64,000 nt of DNA from the NCBI GenBank assembly GCA_041489155.1, contig JBGPQP010000003.1, forward strand, positions 32,001 through 96,000. The letters run 5' to 3'. Below are positions 58,719-64,000 of the stretch, piece after piece. The notes under the pieces are model-generated. The model was not told where the DNA came from, did not search any database, and saw only the letters and a list, made by a program, of their open reading frames with translations. Position numbers and translations under genes: made by a program. Position 1 is the first letter of the stretch; each line of letters opens with the position of its first letter. This stretch comes from Candidatus Aenigmatarchaeota archaeon (lineage in GTDB: Archaea > Aenigmatarchaeota > Aenigmatarchaeia > QMZP01 > QMZT01).

Positions 58719-59411
58719 CTAGTCCAGAATCCATTCCACGTAAACGGCAACTTCCCTGATGCCGAATTTTATCTTGCGCAGGTCAGCGCCTTCGATTTCC
58801 TTTTTGGGATATATCCAGTAAGCAGAAAGCAGGACGTCGTAGCCGATCTTTTCATGCGTCCTTAAGTAGCAGCGGAGCTTCTTTATGTAATCGCATATGT
58901 ACCATTCCCTTGTGCGGGGCTTTTTGTATTCCTTCCTCTTTATCGACATCAGTATCTCGATCCATCCCTTCGCGACTCTTCTGTGGCCTATCTTCAGCAT
59001 CGCTTCTATGTCTTCCTTTATGGACTTTATGTCCCCGTGCGAGAGGCGGACGACATCGTACGGCGGCGTATGGGAATGGTAGCCTCCGACTATTTCCGCC
59101 TCGAAGGAGTCAATCGTCCTCAGCACGCGTTTGAAGGCCGCTATGTTGCCGTGCGTCACTTCCGAGGGCGTGCGCCTTTCCATCTGGAAGGGGTAGACGT
59201 TCTTTATCGACACCACGTTCTTCTTCTCGCCTTTTATTGCCTTGAAGGTCTTGTGTCCCAGCAGAACGCCGTTGGTCTCCCTGTTGTAGACCTCTATCGC
59301 AGAAGTAATGAGTTCCTTGAAGGCATGGCTTTCTATGAAGATGTCACGCATATCGTTTTCCTGTTTTCTCTTTGTTTTCACCGACTTCTTTCTGCGGGGC
59401 TTTTTTTTCAT
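58719..59411 (-). CDS. JAB/MPN+ (JAMM)-like metalloprotease domain protein
   Basis: RETNGVLLG...IVGGYHSH...LSHGD. Confidence 0.7.
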   Translation of the reverse strand: MKKKPRRKKSVKTKRKQENDMRDIFIESHAFKELITSAIEVYNRETNGVLLGHKTFKAIKGEKKNVVSIKNVYPFQMERRTPSEVTHGNIAAFKRVLRTIDSFEAEIVGGYHSHTPPYDVVRLSHGDIKSIKEDIEAMLKIGHRRVAKGWIEILMSIKRKEYKKPRTREWYICDYIKKLRCYLRTHEKIGYDVLLSAYWIYPKKEIEGADLRKIKFGIREVAVYVEWILD

Positions 59412-59482
59412 GTTTTATAATTCGCTTTACCCGTTAAATATCCTTCCCTTGCTGCCAACTCCAGAAAATCCTGCACACAAGG

Positions 59483-59652
59483 TTTATAAAAATAAGCCGC
59501 CAAGTAATTGTCATGATGAATGAAGCGATACCTGGAAACGCGAATGCGAATTCTTTACTCATGGGTATCGCAAGAAAGCACATTTATTTTTGGATGAAGC
59601 TCTAAGCTTCATCCCAAGCTTCTGCATCTAATTCCCAAAGAGGGGTTTGAGG
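59483..59652 (+). promoter_or_regulatory. TATA box, putative leader peptide and hairpins upstream of the HTH-trpB2-trpS locus
   Basis: TTTATAAA at 59483-59490; uORF 59513-59605 ending HIYFWMKL; stems 59525-59532/59564-59571 and 59592-59600/59606-59614. Confidence 0.55.
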
Positions 59653-60030
59653 ATGATTCTGCAATATTACTCCGGGCTGAAAGAGGATTCTTGCGAACTG
59701 AGCGTCAACGAGATTTTCAGCGTTGCGCTGCGGCTAGCCGGCAGGTGCCTTAACGGCAAGAGGATCGAAATCCTCCGCATGATAGCCGAACAGGACGGAG
59801 CGAGGACGATAACCTCGACCGTCGACCACATATCGGAAGAGCTGGGCTGCCCGAAATCGACCGTATGGATCAACGTGAACATGCTTAAAGAGCTCGGCCT
59901 CATAGAGAACGGCCGCGGCAATCCTGTAAGAGTGACGAAGGTGGGCGAAATACTGCTCAGGCAGATTGAAGACGACAAGGGGAAAGGTAAATTTGCTGAA
60001 AAGGCAATTACGAAAGGTGCTGGCGTATGA
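59653..60030 (+). CDS. Winged-HTH transcriptional regulator
   Basis: ISEELGCPKSTVWINVNMLKELGLIE...VRVTKVG. Confidence 0.8.
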   Translation: MILQYYSGLKEDSCELSVNEIFSVALRLAGRCLNGKRIEILRMIAEQDGARTITSTVDHISEELGCPKSTVWINVNMLKELGLIENGRGNPVRVTKVGEILLRQIEDDKGKGKFAEKAITKGAGV

Positions 60031-60060
60031 AGCATTATACCAAACACATGGCTGGGAAAG

Positions 60061-60288
60061 ATGGCGCAAAAAAATATTCGGAAGAAGGGGCTCCTGTTGC
60101 GGGCTCTCGAAGACGGGATGTTAAAAGCGATAGAACTTTCAGCAGCCGGCATTGTAATCGGCCTCGAGCCGCAGGTGATCTTGGTTTCGTCCACTGCGGT
60201 CTTCGCGGGCTCCCTGGCCTACAAGGCAGTAATGCTGAAGGTCTCGGAGAATTCGGAAAAGAAGCGAGTGCAAGTGTTAAGGAGGTAG
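60061..60288 (+). CDS. Small hypothetical protein, possibly membrane-associated
   Basis: 75 aa with two hydrophobic stretches; an alternative frame 60027-60296 also exists. Confidence 0.4.
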   Translation: MAQKNIRKKGLLLRALEDGMLKAIELSAAGIVIGLEPQVILVSSTAVFAGSLAYKAVMLKVSENSEKKRVQVLRR

Positions 60289-60292
60289 GAGC

Positions 60293-60496
60293 ATGAGGAG
60301 AATTGTACTGACTTCACAGTATGGAGGTCCGGGCTCGGTTATGACAGAAAGGGGAGGCTCTTATTTCGTCCCTAGCAGTTACGGCAATGAAAAAACCACA
60401 GTAGGCAACGAGCCTTCCGATTCGATGAGTCCGTTGAAAAACCTGATACCTGCGGCGGACATGGTTTCGGCAGATAGCCAGCAAACTGTGGCGTAG
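60293..60496 (+). CDS. Small hypothetical protein
   Basis: 67 aa with strong SD-like GGAGGT/GGAG upstream. Confidence 0.4.
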   Translation: MRRIVLTSQYGGPGSVMTERGGSYFVPSSYGNEKTTVGNEPSDSMSPLKNLIPAADMVSADSQQTVA

Positions 60497-60564
60497 GGCA
60501 GGCATTTGTATCATAGGAGGTGCTAGTATGAGAACGCATAGGGAAAAAGAAGAGAAAAGCAAAG

Positions 60565-61869
60565 GTGGTGAACTCTGGCTTCAGAGTCGATTTGAATGAG
60601 AACGAAATGCCCAGGCATTTCTACAACATTCTGCCAGACCTGCCAGAGCCGCTGCCGATGCCGCTGAATCCGGCGAGCGGTGAACCAATAAGACCTGAAA
60701 TGCTGGAGCCCTTGTTCTGCAAAGAGCTGATAAGACAGGAATTCGCTGAAGAAAAGTTTGTGAAAATACCCGTAGAGCTGAGAGAGCTTTTTCTGAAGAT
60801 AGGAAGGCCTCGCCCTCTGTGCAGGGCAACCAGGCTCGAACACGCGCTCAAGCTGCCTGGAGACGTGCGCATATTCTACAAGCGCGAGGATTTGTCGCCA
60901 GTCGGTTCGCACAAGCCGAACACAGCGCTAGCGCAGGCTTATTACGCGGCCAAAGCCGGGGTGGAAACGCTCACGACGGAGACGGGCGCGGGCCAGTGGG
61001 GTTCGGCGCTTGCGATGGCCTGCGCTTTTACCGGAATGAAATGCATCGTGTACATGGTCAGGGTGAGTTACGAGAAAAAGCCGTACAGAAAATTCCTCAT
61101 GGGCCTGTTCGGCGCGGAAGTTCACCCTTCACCGAGCGATACGACAGCGATAGGCAGGAAGATTCGCGAGCGCTTTCCAGACACGCCAGGCTCGCTTGGC
61201 ATAGCGATTTCCGAGGCGATAGAAGTCGCGGCGAAAAACGAGAAAGCGAACTACTCGCTGGGCAGCGTGCTCAATCACGTGCTCATGCACCAGACGGTGA
61301 TAGGCCTCGAAACGCAAAAGCAGTTTGAAATTATCGACGAGAAGCCTGATGTCGTGATAGGCTGCGTTGGAGGGGGGTCGAATTTCGCCGGTCTCGCCTA
61401 CCCGTTCATTGCTGAAAAGCTTGCGGGGAAAAACGATTGCGATTTCGTCGCCGTCGAGCCGGACGTCGTCCCGAGCATGACGAAAGGCGAGTACAAGTAT
61501 GACTTCGGCGACACCGGCAAGCTTACGCCGCTGCTCAAGATGTACACGCTGGGATGCGAATTCATTCCTGACGCGATACACGCCGGCGGCCTGCGCTACC
61601 ACGGTTGCGCGCCGACGCTCAGCCTGCTGAAAAAATTGGGCATAGTAAAAGCGGTAGCCTACGGCCAGAAGGAAACGTTCGAGGCAGGCAGACTTTTCGC
61701 AAGGAGCGAGGGCATCATCCCCGCGCCTGAGACGAACTTCGCTATCAAGGCGGCGATAGACAAGGCATTGCAGGCGAAGCAGGCGAAGGAGAATAAAACG
61801 ATTGTATTCAACCTGAGCGGCCACGGCCTGCTCGATCTGCAGGGCTACCACGAGGTGCTGGACATATGA
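60565..61869 (+). CDS. trpB: Tryptophan synthase beta chain, TrpB2 type
   Basis: [52 protein letters not shown] and NLSGHG motifs. Confidence 0.95.
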   Translation: MVNSGFRVDLNENEMPRHFYNILPDLPEPLPMPLNPASGEPIRPEMLEPLFCKELIRQEFAEEKFVKIPVELRELFLKIGRPRPLCRATRLEHALKLPGDVRIFYKREDLSPVGSHKPNTALAQAYYAAKAGVETLTTETGAGQWGSALAMACAFTGMKCIVYMVRVSYEKKPYRKFLMGLFGAEVHPSPSDTTAIGRKIRERFPDTPGSLGIAISEAIEVAAKNEKANYSLGSVLNHVLMHQTVIGLETQKQFEIIDEKPDVVIGCVGGGSNFAGLAYPFIAEKLAGKNDCDFVAVEPDVVPSMTKGEYKYDFGDTGKLTPLLKMYTLGCEFIPDAIHAGGLRYHGCAPTLSLLKKLGIVKAVAYGQKETFEAGRLFARSEGIIPAPETNFAIKAAIDKALQAKQAKENKTIVFNLSGHGLLDLQGYHEVLDI

Positions 61870-61940
61870 CTTAAAAACGAGCAAAATAAATACTGAGCAG
61901 TTCAAATATAGAATATTAAAGAAGCTTTACAGGTGCCAGA

Positions 61941-63056
61941 ATGAAAATCGAGATAAACCCATGGGGCTCGACGGATGTCAAGGACTACGACAAGATGTGC
62001 GAGGAGTTCGGCATCCAGCCTTTCGCGCCTCTGCTGAAGAGAATGAAGGAGCCTCATCTACTCATGAGAAGAGGCATCGTTTTCGGCCATCGCGATTTCG
62101 ACAAGATTCTCGACGCGCTGCAACGAAAAGAGAGTTACGCGATGCTCACGGGTCTCATGCCTTCGGGCAAATTCCATCTCGGGCACAAGATCCTCGCCGA
62201 GCAGATAATCTACCACCAGCAGGTGCTCGGCGCGAAGGTGTTCATCTGCGTCGCCGACATCGAAGCGTATAACATGCGCATCGACAACATGGAAGAGCTG
62301 AGGAGGATAGCGATAGAAGAATACCTGCTCAACTACATAGCCCTCGGCCTCGAGCCGAAGAATTGCGAGTTCTATTTCCAAAGCGCGCGTTCGAAAAACC
62401 CGGACCAAGCCAACGCTTTCTACCGCCTCAGCGGCATGGCCGCGAGAAAGGTGACGTTCAACGAGATGAAGGCCGTCTACGGAGAAATCACTCCCGGCAA
62501 GGTCATGTCGGTCATGACTCAGGTCGCGGACATCCTGCATCCGATGCTCCCGCAGTTCGGAGGCTACAAGCATGTAGTCGTGCCTGTCGGAGTCGACCAG
62601 GACCCGCACATCCGCCTGAGCAGGGACATCGCCTCGCGCTTCTATAAGGAATTCAAGTTCAATCTGCCAGCTTCGACTTATCATGCTTTCATAAAGGGTC
62701 TCAAGGGCGGGAAGATGTCGAGCTCTGACCCGTATTCCTACATCGCCCTCACAGACGACCCGCAGACAGCGAAAACGAAGATAGTGAAATACGCCTTCTC
62801 CGGCGGCCGCGATACGCTTGAAGAACACAGGAAGAAGGGAGGCGTGCCCGAAGTCGACGTCTCATATCAATATCTTTATTCCCAGTTCGAGCCGGACGAC
62901 AAAAAGATAAAGCAGATTTACGACGACTACAAATCCGGCAGGCTGCTTAGCGGCGAACTGAAGCAGATGCTGATAGAGAAGATGCAAGCCTTCCTCGCCG
63001 AGCACGCCAGGAAGAGGGAGCACGCAAGGAAGCAGTTAGACAAGTTCTTAAAATAA
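61941..63056 (+). CDS. trpS: Tryptophanyl-tRNA synthetase
   Basis: INPW, RRGIVFGHRD, PSGKFHLGH, GVDQDPH, KMSSS and SGELK motifs. Confidence 0.97.
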   Translation: MKIEINPWGSTDVKDYDKMCEEFGIQPFAPLLKRMKEPHLLMRRGIVFGHRDFDKILDALQRKESYAMLTGLMPSGKFHLGHKILAEQIIYHQQVLGAKVFICVADIEAYNMRIDNMEELRRIAIEEYLLNYIALGLEPKNCEFYFQSARSKNPDQANAFYRLSGMAARKVTFNEMKAVYGEITPGKVMSVMTQVADILHPMLPQFGGYKHVVVPVGVDQDPHIRLSRDIASRFYKEFKFNLPASTYHAFIKGLKGGKMSSSDPYSYIALTDDPQTAKTKIVKYAFSGGRDTLEEHRKKGGVPEVDVSYQYLYSQFEPDDKKIKQIYDDYKSGRLLSGELKQMLIEKMQAFLAEHARKREHARKQLDKFLK

Positions 63057-63075
63057 AGCCGCCTAAATATTCTAT

Positions 63076-63213
63076 GCGGGGGTTCCCGAGTGGCCAAAGG
63101 GGCAGGACTTAAGTCTGTTTGGCTTAAGTTATGAGGTCTTCTGACCTGTGATTAAGCTCTTTAAGAAATCCTGTGGCTTAGTGCCTTCCGGAGTTCGATT
63201 CTCCGCTCCCGCA
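63076..63213 (+). tRNA. tRNA-Leu(TAA) with 54-nt intron (63114-63167) at 37/38
   Basis: Acceptor GCGGGGG/CTCCCGC; anticodon arm CAGGA-CTTAAG^A-TCCTG; long variable arm; CTTA/TAAG central helix of a relaxed BHB. Confidence 0.93.
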
Positions 63214-63297
63214 TTCTTCTTATTTTTCAAATTTCGATAAACCTTTCTCTGAAAAAGGTTCAAAATAAAAGAAAAAGACAACGAACTGCTTCGCTGT

Positions 63298-63654
63298 TTA
63301 CTTGACCAGTTTTATGTCGATTGTTGAGACATTAAGCTGCATGTTGTTTTCTGCCTGTATCCTTTCTGTCCCTATGTCTATCGAGTGCTTGACGTTGTTG
63401 ACGAACCTGTTCCTGACGACCTCCACGACATCGACTGCCCTGGAAATCGCCCTGCCTCTTGCCTTTATGTGCACTTCCTTCGCTCCCTGCGAGAACTGTG
63501 TTATCACTGCCAGCACATAAGACATCGTCGGTTTCTGCCCGACAAACACTGTGTTGTCATCCGCTCTTGACCTCACTCTTTCAGGTCTTTCGTTTCTTGG
63601 TTCGCTCTTTGCCTCACTTCTTGCTTCCTTGGTTTCCTTCTTTTCTTCTGCCAT
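63298..63654 (-). CDS. albA: DNA/RNA-binding protein Alba with charged N-terminal extension
   Basis: [29 protein letters not shown] and VSTIDI; SD GGAGGTG. Confidence 0.95.
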   Translation of the reverse strand: MAEEKKETKEARSEAKSEPRNERPERVRSRADDNTVFVGQKPTMSYVLAVITQFSQGAKEVHIKARGRAISRAVDVVEVVRNRFVNNVKHSIDIGTERIQAENNMQLNVSTIDIKLVK

Positions 63655-63760
63655 GCTAAGCACCTCCTAAATCACTTGGTGTTTGTTTTCGCTATCGTCC
63701 GCTAGCTTTCTTGCTAGTATTGTTAATTAAGTTTATGGAAAGAGTATTTAAAAGTTAAGG

Positions 63761-64000
63761 TCATGCTCCGTAGAATTCTTCAAGGCTGCCAGTTATCGCT
63801 TCTCCTATCCTTTCCTGTTGCGTCGGGTCGTTGAGCAGATTGGCTTCCTGCAGGTTGCATATGAAAGCGGTTTCTATCAGCACAGCAGGCATCCTCGCAT
63901 CCATGAGGACGCCGAGATCAGCGCCTCTTATGCCCCTGTCGGCGGTCCCCAGCGTGTTGACCAGCAGAGGTTGTATGTCTTCGGCGAGCTGCCTACTGCT
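63761..64000 (-). CDS. N-acetylmuramoyl-L-alanine amidase (Amidase_3), C-terminal part; start lies beyond the window
   Basis: Manual translation SSRQLAEDIQPLLVNTLGTADRGIRGADLGVLMDARMPAVLIETAFICNLQEANLLNDPTQQERIGEAITGSLEEFYGA*. Confidence 0.85.
   Translation of the reverse strand, partial: SSRQLAEDIQPLLVNTLGTADRGIRGADLGVLMDARMPAVLIETAFICNLQEANLLNDPTQQERIGEAITGSLEEFYGA

Noticed and set aside
59513..59640. T-box riboswitch or C/D box sRNA (ATGATGA at 59513)
   Set aside because: No T-box UGGNACC antiterminator motif and no suitably placed CTGA D box were found.

Overview
This is a gene-dense window of an archaeal chromosome, mostly moderately GC-rich with several AT-rich inserts. Archaeal markers include GatD/GatE, TBP, Alba, Kae1, Hef, CarS, deoxyhypusine synthase and a BHB-type tRNA intron. 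A DPANN-like lineage is plausible but only inferred, mainly from the HIAQ-type TyrRS. The first ~37 kb hold a near-complete folate-dependent de novo purine pathway (purM B C E Q L S H N D F A, guaB, folD, folC, 5-FCL) mixed with informational genes. The rest contains a DEAD-box helicase, four tandem PQQ-type beta-propeller genes, split LigD-like Pol and PE genes, RNA-processing genes, tyrS, a trpB2-trpS locus, two tRNAs, Alba and the 3' end of an N-acetylmuramoyl-L-alanine amidase. The most unusual elements are: (1) the four-gene cytoplasmic propeller array, with a conserved (S-[DE]-Y-x-x-x)4 tail and three identical 52-nt overlaps; (2) an attenuator-like Tyr-Phe-Trp leader peptide with hairpins upstream of an HTH-trpB2-trpS locus; (3) an AT-rich sigma70-like gene; (4) a free-standing LAGLIDADG-HTH gene wedged between gatD and gatE; (5) a peptidoglycan amidase in an archaeon; (6) catalytic-motif changes in PurF (Cys1->Ser) and GluRS (HIGH->SIGQ). 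All calls are by eye from motifs; no database searches were run.
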